DNA of 64,000 nucleotides from Felis catus (GCF_018350175.1 NC_058377.1:108810001-108874000), one strand, 5' to 3'; shown: positions 1-12,376, counted from the first letter of the stretch. The notes: a model not told the origin generated them from the sequence alone. Program-made: numbers and translations.

Positions 1-398
1 AGAGAGACTGAGCAGGGGAGGGACAGAGAGGGAGAAAGAGAATCCCAAGTAGTCTCCGCACTGTCACAGAGCCTGATGTGGGGCTCGAACTCACAAACTG
101 AGATCATGAGCTGAGCCAAAATCAAGAGCCGGATGCTTCCCGACTGAACCACCCAGGTACCCCTAAAAAAACCTTTTAGAAAACGCACGTAGATAGAAGA
201 AAATGACATGGGAAGAAGACAAGGGTATACAGAGTCCAAGCTGGTTGCCTTGGGTGGAGGAACGGAAGATGGGACGGACAGGGTTTAGGATGGGAGGGTG
301 GAGGCAAATGATAGCTTGGGTTGTTGTATAGTCAGTTGGAGTCTTTGTTTTGTGGTGGTGAGTTTGAAGGTGCTTACATTATTAAAAATAATCAACTA

Positions 399-605
399 GG
401 GGCGCCTGGGTGGCTTAGTCAGTTAAGCGTCCAACTTCAGCTCGGGTCATGATCTCACGGTTTGTGAGTTTGAGCCCTGCGTCAGGCTCTGTGCTGACAG
501 CTCGGAGCCTGGAGCCTGCTTTGGATTCTGTGTCTCCCTCTCTCTCTGCCCCTCCCCTGCTCATGCTTTGTCTCTCTCACTCTCAAAAATGAATAAATGT
601 TAAAT
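399..605 (+). mobile_element. CAN-SINE (SINEC_Fc-type); representative of roughly 35-40 copies in the window (e.g. 1-163 -, 1444, 1708, 2840, 5490-5679 -, 25127, 45176, 46056, 49001, 49985-50200 -, 50614, 53525-53720 -, 56190, 56539, 61003)
   Basis: tRNA-derived head GGGGCGCCTGGGTGGCTCAGTCGGTTAAG, (CT)n tract, AATAAA/polyA tail. Confidence 0.92.
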
Positions 606-659
606 TTTTTTTAATCAAATATTTAAATATAATAATTTATGGACCAAAAATGGAATCAT

Positions 660-1440
660 ATGTAAATTAGAAAACACTCAAAACTAAACTATAATAAAAC
701 ACTAGACACTTCACACCTACCAGGATAGCTACTATTAAAAAAAAACAACACTATAATGTGTTGGCAAAGATATGAAGAAATTGGAAAACTTATGCGCTGT
801 TGGTGGGCATGTAAAATAATGCTACCACTATGAAAAACAGTATGCTGATGGTTCCTTAAAAAATTAAAAATAGAGGGGTGTCTGGGTGGCTCAGTTGGTT
901 AAGCATCCAATTCTTGGTTTCGGTTCAGGTCACGATCTCATGGTTCATGGGTTCAAGCCCCACATCAGGCTCCGTGCTGACGGCACGGAGNNNNNNNNNN
1001 NNNNNNNNNNNNNNNNNNNNNNNNNNNNNNNNNNNNNNNNNNNNNNNNNNNNNNNNNNNNNNNNNNNNNNNNNNNNNNNNNNNNNNNNNNNNNNNNNNNN
1101 NNNNNNNNNNNNNNNNNNNNNNNNNNNNNAACCAAGGCCTCAAAGAGATACTTGTACACCTGTACACCCACGTTCATAGCAGCATTATTCACAATAGCTA
1201 AACGGTGGAAGGAATCCAGGAGTCCACCGATGGGTGAATGGATAAGCAAACTGTGGTATACACAAACAATGGGACAGGTTCAGCCGTAAAAAGGAAATTC
1301 TAACATGGGCTAACAACATGGCTGAACCTTGAAGACATTATGCTAAGTGAAATAAGCCAGTCAGAAAAGGAGAGCGTTTGCACAAAATTGTGAATGTATT
1401 TACCACTATTGAGCTGTATGCTAAGAAATAGTTACAATGG
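660..1440 (+). mobile_element. Old L1M (MB/MC-type) 3' fragment with inserted SINE
   Basis: TTCATAGCAGCATTATTCACAATAGC, GAACCTTGAAGACATTATGCTAAGTGAAATAAGCCAG. Confidence 0.7.
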
Positions 1441-2499
1441 GATGGGGCGCCTGGGTGGCTCAGTCGGTTAAGCATCCAGCTCTTGATTTCAGCTCAGGTC
1501 ACGATCTCATGGTTTGTGGGATCAAGCCCAACACCGGGCTCTGACAGCTGACAGCACAGAGCTTGCTTGGGATTCTCTCTGCCCCTCCTCCCACCACTCA
1601 CGTTCTTCAAAACAAACATTCAAAAAAATGCTTTAAAAATGGTTATGATGGGAAATTGCATGTACATTTTAACTTACTAATTAAATAATTTAATTTATTA
1701 CTAAATTAGGCATCTGGGTGGTTCAGTTGATTGAGTCTCTGACCTCAGCTTAGGTCATGATCTCACAGTTCGTGGGTCCGAGCCTCATGTTGGGTTCTGC
1801 GCTGACACCTTGGAGCCTGGAAACCTGCTTCGGATTCTGTGTCTCTCTCTCTCTCTGCCCCTCCCCCACTTGTGCTCTCTCTCAAAAATGAATAAACATT
1901 AAACAAAAATTTTTTAATAATAATAACTAAATACAAATGCATATAGACCTGCATCAAAGGACATTTTGGCCTTAAAGGGTAAGACTGTCCCACAAAGGGA
2001 AAAGAGTACCTTTGTAGAAAAATGATCTAGAAGCCATCTCTTTAACCAGGTGATCAAAATTAGCACCACCAGTGATTGGGACCTTCTCCATCACCACCAT
2101 GCGCCTTAGATAAGCAATAGGAACACATCAGTCCTAAGCTATTTTTGCTAAAATTGTTTAACCCAAATCTAAGTATGCATAAAGAATCACACATATCCAA
2201 ACATGGTACATTGTAATAAGATAACTGGCTTGAACTTGTAAAAAAAAAAAAAAAAAAGCCCATTAAGGTATCTGTTCTAAATTAAAAGAGGTTAAAGAGA
2301 CATAACAACTTGATGTAAAACCTACGCATGTTGTGTGTAGAAAGGAGTAGAACGTGGCAAATCTTACAAAGCGGTGGCCCCACGAAGGGCATACGATTCT
2401 TTCACCTTTTCTTCAGGCTTGGGCGTGGGCAGGAGGTCGAGCCGAAGTGTCCAAGCACAAGGGTTAGAATAAGAGCCACAGGATAAACTCAGGCGAGTG

Positions 2500-5400
2500 T
2501 GAGAAAAAGGGAAATTCATACTTCTAATTTGTGAAACAAACTAATAGCGAAGAAGAATGACAACAAAGAACTGCTGCGCTGAAGAATAATGAAATGTCTA
2601 CCAAGACTGACAAAAAAGAAGAAAGCACAATATTAGATATAAAAAAGGAGACACAATGTGGATAGTCAAGATTACAAACATAAGGCAGTTCTACAAAGAA
2701 CTCTGTGATAAATTTGAAAGCACAGACAAGATAAGAAAATAGGAAAACCTTTTTCCTTAAAAGTATCACAGAATCCAGAACAGAGAAACCTAAACGGTCT
2801 ATTATCACCAAAAATCTAGAGTTAAAAGTCTCCCCACCCGGGGTGCCTGGGTGGCTCAGTCGGTAGAGCAGCTGACTCTTGATTTCAGCTCAGGTCAGGA
2901 TCCCAGGGTCATGGGATCGAGCTCCACATGGGGCTCCACACTGAGCCTGGAGCCTGCTTGGGATTCTCTCTCTCCCTCTGCTCCTCTCCCCACCTCGTAA
3001 TCTCTTGCTCTTGTAACAAGACAAACCAAAACAAAAAAACTTCCCACCCACCCTACACATGCCAGGCACAGTGGTTTTACAGCAAACTTTACCAAAAATT
3101 TTAGAAATCCAAAATTCCAATGTTGTACAAACACTTGTAATGACAATGGAACACTCTCTAACTCATTTTATGAAGTTGGAATAATCTCAATATAAAAACA
3201 AGGGCAGCGCAGGAGAGAAAAAACTTAAACCATCTCATTTCTGAGCCTGGATGCCAAAATGCCCCCAAATATCAGAAAAACAAGTCCAGCAATATATTGG
3301 AAAATATATCATGACTGTTTTATTCCAGGAATGCAAGGATGTTTTAAGGTGAGAAAACTGTCAGGGTAGCTTACCGCAGTCACAGGCTAAAGGAGAAAAA
3401 ACACGTGGCTCGCTCAGATCACCAGGTGTGCTCCTTGGCACCTGTATGCCGGTGGCCGCATGGTGAGGGAGGAAGCGGGTGGGGAAGTTCTAGTGGAAAT
3501 GACCTGCCGTAAGGCTGATGCTAAAGTGATACAGGCGCAGAGCCCGAAGGGCCACAAGTCTCAAACCTAACAAGTTACTACTATTGGGCATCCAATCGCA
3601 TGGACTGACCGTGGCATCGTGGGGGGCGGAGGGGGAGCTCTTAGGATACTCAGCTCATTCTGGGAGATCTATTCACTCATGGTTGGATTCTGCCGCTAAG
3701 GTGGGAAATGGAGGGGGCATTCAACTTCAGAGAATGGCAAAGGGGAGTACTATGCAGAACACAGGACTGTACCTGCATCCGGAAGCTTAGCTACGACCCA
3801 CAGGAGCTAAAAGACTGAGAGGAGATGGAGAAATGGCGATGAAAAGGTTTTAGGGGGAAAACAGGGGCTATTAGGTACATCACACAATCACTGAAAGCTA
3901 GAGAAATATCTAAGGCCAGGCTTACAGATACAATGCCAAAAAAATCGCAGATACATATGACCAAGCGGGTGACAGTCAAAGGAGTACTCAGAGGAACACT
4001 GGTAGCCACAAATGTTAGAAAACACGACTGAAATTAAGCACACAACTCAATAACGTAGCTTTGAGCAAATAAACCCAAAGAAACAGAAGGAAAGGGCCAA
4101 TAAAGTAGGCAGACATCTTGCAAAGCTAGTCAAAGAAAATAAAATGCACAGAATACAGGACAAATGTTTGTTGGTTTTAACTGCTCTCACCCCGTCTCCT
4201 TATTCTGGTAAAAGAACCTCTCTATTCTATGGAGCACGTGGTGCATACGAAGCAGGTTTGGCTCATCTCGCCTCCCACCAAACCCCCATCCTCCCTGTTC
4301 AGCCCTGGCCACAGCGCTTGCTCAGGAGAGGGCCAGCGACCCAAGAATACCCACTGATCGTCTGTGAAATACACAGATGCTAAGGGAGGAACTCTTTGCC
4401 TGTAAGGACTGAATGTAAACCGGAGCTTCCTGCAGAAAACAACGGTAGGGAGAAAGAGATTCGTCCACCTACAGAAGCAGAGGTAATCCAAGAAACAAAG
4501 GAGAGTCCTAACGAAATCATGCCGGACCTGGATCAGCTCTGCCTAGAGCTGTATTCTTAGACCTCTGTCAACGAGCCCTGGTTTGCTTCTGCTAGTTGGA
4601 GTTAGATTTTGTCGCTTATAAGAAAGTCCAAAATGATGCCCGAACAGCTTAAATACACATGAAATACGACTCGCAAAATATAAACTGCCAAAACGGACTC
4701 AAGGATAGAAAACCTGAATAAAATGGCACAGAATTAAAAAGCAAAGATCTACCCCTTAAAAAGGAACCAAACAGAGATATTTTTAGAAACAAAGCCTACC
4801 AAACTTTGAGGCAACAAATTACTCCTGTTCTACAAATTATTGCAGAACAAAGAAAAAGATAAAGATTAAACATCTCCAAATCCATTCTACAAGGCTAGCA
4901 TAATGCTGTTATCAAAATGGAACAGCGACATCATTAAAACAAAAAGTGAAATTGGCCCAGAAGTAGATATAAAAATCCTAAAGAAATGGAACAAATCCTC
5001 TAAAACTAAACAGGGCTTACAAGCAAACCCAAGGACAGCAGCACAGTAATAAAATGAAGACTTTTGGTTAACTCAGTAGATAGCAAAATCCATCACTGTT
5101 AAATAAAGGGTAAAAACCTTCAGCAAGCTGGGAACAGAAGGAAACATTTTCAGCCTAATGGAGTTTATCTAGCAGAAACTTAGAGCAGGAACTGTGTGAG
5201 GACACATGAGAACCATTCCCACTGGGAGAAAAACAAGGATGCCACCCAGCGTTACACTGGAGGTCCTGATCCCTGTAACCCCTAAAGAAAAAAGAGTGTC
5301 AAGGATAAAACTACCGCCAGCGGGACATGACTGGACTACCCAGAAAGCCAAGAGAATTAACTGAAAAACCACGAGAACCGAAGAATTCAGGGGCGTCTGG

Positions 5401-5960
5401 GTGGCACAGCCTGTTAAGTGTCATGATCTCATGGCTCACCAGTTAAGATAGCGCTTTTCTCCAAATTGAGCTAGGAGATTTATTCACTTATTAATGTTTG
5501 AGAGAGAGAGAGAGAGAATGAGCAGAGGAGGAGCACAGAGAGCAGGAGACCCAGAATCTGAAGCAGGCTCTGGGCTCTGAGCTATCAGCACACAGCCCAA
5601 CGTGGGGCTCGAACTCATGAACCGTGAGATCATGACCTGAAGTCAGACACTTAACTGACTGAGCCACCCAGGCACCCCTCAAGCTAGATTTAAAACCCTG
5701 CCAATGAAAATCTCAAGAGGATTTTTAAGTGGAAATTAACAAGTTCCTTTTAGAGTTCTTATGTAAGAGAAAATACGAAATTTTCAAGGAATAGTAAGGC
5801 AGAGAGGAGGGAGCTATGAGATTATTAATCCTGCCATAAAACGTGGTAGGTGCACATACATCAACAGATTAGAAATTCCGAAAGGAGACCCATAAATACG
5901 CAGGAATTTCGTTTATTTTAAAAAGATACCTTAAATCTGTGAAGAATGACCCCTTCAGTA
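2500..5960 (+). mobile_element. Patchwork of very old L1M ORF2 fragments with a MaLR remnant (~4170-4630) and SINEs
   Basis: A-rich L1-like motifs (TTTATTCCAGGAATGCAAGGATG, AACTCATTTTATGAAG, CCATTCTACAAGGCTAGCATAA). Confidence 0.55.
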
Positions 5961-7738
5961 GATGGTATACAGATGACTATCCCTTTAGCAAAAGTCACTT
6001 CCCATAAAAAATAAATTTCAGCCAAGTTCAATATACACACACATACATATCCTTAACTCACCTGAAGTTTATTTTTTGTACACACAAACACATACACATG
6101 TATACGTTTAAAGCTCTACTAAGATACTATAAAGGAAAGTGAACAAGAAGCAGATAAATGAAGCAGTAGCTGGAGAGGACGTGGGAACAGCGACAGGTGT
6201 TTCAGGCTGTTTTGGATGAGAGAGTCTACAGCATGTTCGATGCTAACACATCCAGCAGAAAGGATGACAAAAACCAAAACTTCCATACAGTCCTTGAGCA
6301 GGAGGACAGACAAGCTCCAAAGCACAACAGAAAAGGTTTTAGTCCCACTGGATTACAAGGGGAAATTAGAGACAAGACAATCCATGAGCACATTTGTACG
6401 CTTGGTAACGGAGAGGTGAGAGTTCCCTCCAAAGGCTATGATTTAATGAAGTGCGTGGTCAACACCTAAGAGGAGAAGGAGGAATTGGCAGACAACGTAA
6501 AAGTTGTGAAATACAACATCCCAGAGAAGATCTGCTAGGCAGTGCTGAGTGTCCACTTGAGGTTTTGTTAATCATGAATTTAAGGTAGAACTAGTGAGCT
6601 AGGTTGGCTGTTTTCTCTAGCAGTTACTTGAGCATAAGCAGAGAGGTAAACGGGTTGGCCAGGGTTAGGTTTTACTAGATGAACACAGTGGAGGGAAACA
6701 AGGCAGCGGGAGGGTATAGGAAAGTGGAGATAGGAGAGTAACAGTAAGAAGGGAAAGGAACGGGGTGGGGGGGTGGGGGGAGGCCTGCAGATAAAGATAA
6801 AGAGGAGGTAGTTGAGCAAGCAAGCGAGAAAGCCAGGAGGTGGTGACTGCACAGATGTATGAATTCAAGAAGGGCAATTCCTACCAATGGCAGGGACCCA
6901 GGGAGGACCGAAGACACAGGCAGCAGGCCTGAAGTGGAAGACAAAGAAGTAGGGGGCCACATACAGTGTTGAAGAGACCCACCCCCAGGAGGTAGAAGCA
7001 GGACGACAGAAGCAGGAACAGAAGACTCTAAGCCAGGGGGTAAACTCTTCAACGTCTGAACAGTGATTAGGTCAAGGCCAATAATGAAGAGGGAGTGTAT
7101 GGCCAGAATTCTGAGCTTTAAAGGACAAGTGGGATGGTTTGCAAGAGGGCTGAGGAGTAATGGTCTGTGTAGCCACAAGGCCGCCACCAGGCATAGGATG
7201 TACACTGCAGCACAGAGGTGGGCATTCCTGCAGTCGTGGTGACTGGCACGCCAGGAAAACAGCTTACGAGGCACTATAAAATTTGTCCTGAGTGTCTCTT
7301 AGAGGCGGAGGCACTAGATCCTTCCGCCGTGCTCCTGAATGCCTGACTCGGTATTACTTGCCAGCAGGCAACAGAGAAGGATTGCTCCCAGTTAGTAAAT
7401 ACATGCATGAAGGCACAGCACAGGGCCTGGCGCTTACTGAGTGCCCAGTGAGAATCTAGGAAAGGTTCCAGCCATTTCCATTTCCTGCCCGTTTAGGACC
7501 TGCACCAAGGAGCAGTCTGTAACTTCACGAATCCCTCCTCCCTCCAGAGAGCCACTCAGACACCAGCACAAGTCGTCACCCACCAGGGGTTTAATTCTCC
7601 TTGAGCAGAAGGTCAGTTCAGAGAGGGGCCCTGCCTTGTCCCCCATCCAGAGGGGGAAGATCTGCAGAGCACCCCAGGAATGTCTGAGCTCAGAGGAGCC
7701 AATCCTAGTCTCTGGGCAAGAGAAGCGGGTCGAGGGAC

Positions 7739-9153
7739 TCAGGCTGCCTCTTCCTCTTCGCTCTCCTCCTCGCTCTCATGATACTGTCTGCGATTGGTGT
7801 TAACAAAGAGGTCAGAATCATCTTCAGAGCTGGACTCTTCTCCTGATGACTGTGGCTCCACTGGGAGTTCTGGCGGAGTCTGTCTGCATGGGGGAAAGGG
7901 ACAGGGTTAACCCAATGCCTTCTGGAAAAACTAGACTGGCAATCAAGGAGCCCCATAAAAAGGAGGGCATAAGGCCAAGAAATATTGTCTAAAGACTGCC
8001 TCCCACCTCACATCAAAAGTCTGCAAGAACCACTGGTTTTAATAAGGAGTCCAATCACCAACACTCAATGGACTCACACTACATACCAAGTGCTATACTA
8101 ACCAATTTTACAAGCATTAACTCCTTTAATCCTCACAAAGCTCCCATCTTACAGGCGGGGAAATCCAAGCCTAAGAGATGAAGTAACCTGCTTAAACCAT
8201 TCATTTACAAGTGGTATTGCCATGATTTTAACCCCAGGCATCTGACTTTCAAGCCACACTCACAACCACATATTCTGGAGCTCTCACCAGGGACTCTACA
8301 CAGATAGAAAGAAGGTCTCTATTTTCCCGTCAAGTCTCCAAGGCCTTAGCCCCTATTTTCTGTCCTAAGGCTTGTTCCTCACCTGTTCCTACTGTTGTTG
8401 TGCTTCTCAGCCACTTCTGAGAAGGCCTCAGGCCTGTACCAAGAGAAGAACCAGGGTCAGAAAAGACAGAAAAATCTATCAGCAAAAAAGCTGTTTCCAG
8501 CTGTCCCTGCCTGGGATGCCATCTTCCCTCCCCCACCTCCACAGCTAGGAAGTCAATATCCCCCAAAATGAGACAGGCAGTGACCAAGGGGACCACCCTA
8601 CCAGAGCCCTTCCTTCTGCAGAGAGCGCACATGGTCTTTGCAGAGCACAAAGGAGATCTCAGCCTTCACTTTTTCTCCCTCTTCAATCGGGTCAACAATG
8701 AGAAAGTCGCCTGCAGGTAAGACAGGAGAAAAGACACAATAAATCCTGCTTGCAGCGGGGGAAACCAAGCCCTCAGGAAACAGTTGTCTCCTACAGGGCT
8801 ACCTCTCTCACCTCTCTTGATCCAGATGTTCTTCCGGTATTTGGAGGGCATGCTCACCAGGAAGCGCTGCCCCTGGGCTGTCTCCACCTCATGCAGATTG
8901 TTCCCTGGGGTCCTGAGTACCTGGTCCAAGAGAGACCAAGAACCAGTCAGCCTCATCAGCCAGCTCAAATACTCAGCGAGCTGTGCTGCACCTTACCGCC
9001 GTGCTAGGGGTCCAAGGGGAGTAGAAGGATGGGGAGGCAGAGCCGCTTATGCCCAGCGCCACTCACCCTCACGATCTGCTGCTGGTCAGAGGGCACCATA
9101 TGCTCCCCCAGCACCTCCTTCACCACATGCTTCCTCTTGGTGGCCTGAGACAT
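7739..9153 (-). CDS. EIF1AD: Probable RNA-binding protein EIF1AD (eIF1A/S1 domain), 166 aa; join(complement 9067-9153, 8812-8920, 8602-8710, 8383-8433, 7739-7883)
   Basis: Spliced translation [126 protein letters not shown]...[12 protein letters not shown]. All introns are GT-AG with consistent phases (87+109+109+51+145=501 nt). Confidence 0.97.
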
Positions 9154-9470
9154 GCTGGGGCCCGTCCCAGGGGGGTGAGGGATGGGAAGACTGTCAACTC
9201 CTCCTCCCAGGTTTCTTCGATGGCAAGTTCAGAACCCAGGACTGTTCTGAAGATGGAGAAAGACCTTTTACTGACGAGTGACCATGTCCTGGTTAAGAAC
9301 ATGACCTTTAAAATCTAACTACTAAGGTTCAAATTATATCTTGGCTATGTCCCAGCTGTTCAACTTCCCTAGTTTCAGAGAAAAATAGCTAACTCTGATC
9401 ACCATTAGTAGAACAAAATAAGGCAAGCAAAGCACTTAGCACAGCATATGGCACATAAAAACAACTGACT

Positions 9471-10180
9471 GGGGTGCTTGTGTGGCTCAGTAGATTAAGT
9501 GTGCAACTCTTGAGATCGTCTAAGGTCCTCATCTCGCAGCTGTGAGATCAAGCCGGGAGTCTGGCTCTGTGCTGAGCGTGGAGTCTGCTTGGGATTCAAT
9601 CTCTCTCTCTCTCTAAATAAACATTCTATTTATTTACTTATTTATTTAGGAGTCTGCTTGGGATTCATTCTCTCTCTAAATAAACATTTAATTAATTATG
9701 TATGTATGTATGTATGTATGTATGTATGTATGTATGTATGTTTATTTACTTTTAAAACCGAGAGAGGGGCGCCTGGGTGGCGCAGTCGGTTAAGCGTCCG
9801 ACTTCAGCCAGGTCACGATCTCGCGGTCCGTGAGTTCCAGCCCCGGGTCGGGCTCTGGGCTGATGGCTCAGAGCCTGGAGCCTGTTTCCGATTCTGTGTC
9901 TCCCTCTCTCTCTGCCCCTCCCCCGTTCGTGCTCTGTCTCTCTCTGTCCCAAAAATAAATAAACGTTGGAAAAAAAAAAAAAACCCGAGAGAGACAGAGC
10001 ACGAGCAAGAGAGAGGCAGGGAGAGAAGACACAAAGTCTGAAGCAGGCTCCAGGCTCCCAGCTGTCAGCACAGAGCCCCGCCGCAGGGCTCGAACTCGGG
10101 GACCGCAAGATCATGACCTGAGCCAAAGTTGTACGCTCCACCGACTGAGCCATGCAGGCGCCCCCGGAAATAAACATTTT
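9471..10180. mobile_element. Three nested CAN-SINEs in EIF1AD intron 1 (+ 9471-9690; - 9690-10165; young + 9766-9983)
   Basis: TSDs AAATAAACATTT (9678-9689/10168-10179) and AAA(A/C)CCGAGAGA (9754-9765/9981-9992); (TATG)n at the minus copy's tail. Confidence 0.88.
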
Positions 10181-10621
10181 AAGTAAACATTTTTAAATAA
10201 ATATAAAAAACCCCCTCCTGTTACCACATGTGCTGGCACAATCAGAAACTAAATACATGTCCTACAGAAATAAGTCATTCCAGCAACCGCCCGGGGAAGG
10301 AGTGTGTGAGGACCTAACTGTATGTTCCTCAACACATCCGTACATCCCTAGCACAGCCACACAACACAGATGCTCAATCTTTCAACACACTATAGTCAGA
10401 GACCGATGGTCCGAGCCAGGAACAAGTTCATAAAAGGTCGGGTAAGCCGGCTGGGTCTGCGGCATCTGATTTCTGACTTGGGTACTGAGAAGACAGGACT
10501 CGTTCCACCAAGGCTGAAGGTTTCCAAAGGAAACTCCAAAGTGTCACCTCTAGCTGCTGTCCCCTGCCCTCCTCCCTCCCTCTCCTGGAGGAAAGACGCT
10601 GAGAGCGAGACCCACACTTAC

Positions 10622-10880
10622 TCTCTGGCCTTCGTCTCCCACGGGCGCTGCCCGAACGACCTCGTTCTCCAGGACGCTGAGAGCAGTTCGCCCACGGCTC
10701 ACTTCGCAGCTAAGCCAACGAAGGCACAGAAAAGGGGCCTGCCGGCGGTCACGACGATGGCGTGGACATATACTCAGGTCCCCCGCGCCTCTGACTTCTA
10801 GCCGACTGCTCCAAGCCCAGTGACGACGAGGACTACGCGAGCCCTCCGGGGTCGGATCCTTCCGAGCACCGTACTTCCGG
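10622..10880 (-). other. EIF1AD: Probable non-coding first exon of EIF1AD (5' limit approximate)
   Basis: Minus-strand donor AGA|GTAAGT at 10622/10621 at the edge of the CpG island; candidate acceptor TCTTTCTCCATCTTCAG near 9247 upstream of the ATG. Confidence 0.55.
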
Positions 10881-11900
10881 TGCTACCGCGGAAGCCTCCT
10901 GGCTACCCTCCCCCGCCTCGTCCGTCTCTTTAACTCTTCCCACCGCCAGGTCAGCCGAGGCTAAGTTTTTAAGTTCCCGATGCGTGCAGCGGGGAATGGA
11001 GTTTTCTCCGACGCCCCAGCTTCCTGAGACCGGACATACTGCCCGAGAAGCGAGACCACAGAAGGCAGCCGGGCTTCCCGAGAGGCAACCCGAAAGCCAA
11101 GCCTACTAAAGGCGCCACTGAGGTCGAGGGCGCCTCACCTCTATGGCTCGAGGCGGCTAGAAGTGCCCAATTCGGAGTTTTTTTTCACAGGCGGCTCTTG
11201 AGGCGACCCGGAAGCGGAAGTGGAAGAAAGTTCTAGTGGGTTGAGGTATCGCTCGGAGCAGCCGGGTGGCGGGAGGAGCCGTTACGGGAGCGGGAGCTGC
11301 CGGTGAGCGCTAGCTGCGGAGCACGGCCGGAGCCGGAGGCGGGAGGAGGCGCGGGGAGGAGGGGTGGAGAGGAGCCCGAGCGCTGGAGCGGCCTAGAGGA
11401 TGCGCCTTCGGAGAGGGCTCGGCCGCCGGCCGGGGAGAGGGCGGGGCGGGGCGCGGCGGCGCGTGGAGGGGGCGGGGCGGCGCGCGTGGGGCGGGGCCGG
11501 AGGGCGGGGCGGGAGCGCGTGCGTGGACCCCGCAGCGCGGGAGGAGCAGGTGCGCGCGCTCCGGCCAGCGCGTTCGCTCTGTGAGCGGCGTGCGCGGGCG
11601 AGTGGGGGCAGAGCGACCCTTCGTTGGCTTTTCGGCCCAGGGGAGCCGCTCCTGGCGGGGTCAGTGCCTTCTTAGCCCAGCCAAGGTCACACAGGGAGTG
11701 ACAGCTCAGGGAGGGCCCCGGCCACCGACTCTGGGAATCTTCCCGCTGCCCCGAGTGCGCCACCTGTGAGGGCAGGAGAGTTTTTCCTCCTGGGCAGCGC
11801 TAAAACCCAGATCCCGCAGGGAAAGGTTCTTTTGCCTGGCGGGGAAAACACTCTTCTTGGACCCCGGTTCTCTCCTCCGTGAAAGGAGGAGGATCGGGTT
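10640..11900. promoter_or_regulatory. CpG-island bidirectional promoter shared by EIF1AD and BANF1
   Basis: High CpG/GC content; ETS/GABPA-type motifs ACTTCCGG and GCGGAAG (~10874-10894) and tandem CCGGAAGCGGAAGTGGAAG (~11208-11226); many GC boxes; head-to-head gene arrangement. Confidence 0.85.
11220..11302 (+). other. BANF1: Probable non-coding first exon of BANF1 (5' limit approximate)
   Basis: Follows the tandem ETS sites; donor CCG|GTGAGC at 11302/11303. Confidence 0.6.
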
Positions 11901-11999
11901 AGCCGCCGCAATGGCTGGTTTCGCGTTCTCTTACTAGAACAGGGCCCCTGGGCCCTTGGGAGTTCCCGGTTTTCAGCCCTAACTCCCTTTTCTTGGGAT

Positions 12000-12155
12000 N
12001 NNNNNNNNNNNNNNNNNNNNNNNNNNNNNNNNNNNNNNNNNNNNNNNNNNNNNNNNNNNNNNNNNNNNNNNNNNNNNNNNNNNNNNNNNNNNNNNNNNNN
12101 NNNNNNNNNNNNNNNNNNNNNNNNNNNNNNNNNNNNNNNNNNNNNNNNNNNNNNN
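12000..12155 (+). other. BANF1: N-masked segment inferred to contain the first coding exon of BANF1 (MTTSQK...FDK, ~123 nt of CDS)
   Basis: Branch-point CCCTAAC plus pyrimidine tract immediately before the N-run; the run is long enough for the missing exon; that exon is not found elsewhere in the window. Confidence 0.75.
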
Positions 12156-12376
12156 TGCATGCATCTGGGGGTGGGGGGGCGTGGGTAGGGCAGACTGCCA
12201 TGTTTCCTGGCAGTTAGGGGTGAGGAAAGCGAGAGTAACTGCTGGGGGTGGACAGTGGTGTGTGATCTGACGGGGTAGCCGGAGCCTGTCGGACCTGCCA
12301 GCCTCGCGTGCTTTGAAGCCGCAGTAGTGGCCTTCGAGCACTGAGCAGCTTGCCCTTTACTTTGCCCGTTGTGCAG

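Noticed and set aside
399-470. tRNA-like A/B box sequences at SINE heads
   Set aside because: These are tRNA-derived CAN-SINE heads followed by CT tracts and polyA, not tRNA genes
878-1249. ORFs spanning N-runs here and at 37.6, 39.4, 40.4 and 44 kb
   Set aside because: Artefacts of translating through masked bases in SINE/L1 sequence
8383-8433. One extra residue (NNSRNR) in EIF1AD relative to the recalled human sequence
   Set aside because: Single in-frame indel in a disordered linker; trivial
11233-11763. Pro/Ala/Arg-rich ORFs in the BANF1/EIF1AD CpG island
   Set aside because: Stop-poor GC-rich promoter and intron sequence; low complexity, no homology recognised
11755-11772. Second CTCF-like motif (CTCACAGGTGGCGC) in BANF1 intron 1, and one near 21180
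   Set aside because: Poorer 5' half match and no upstream motif; cannot be supported without PWM scoring
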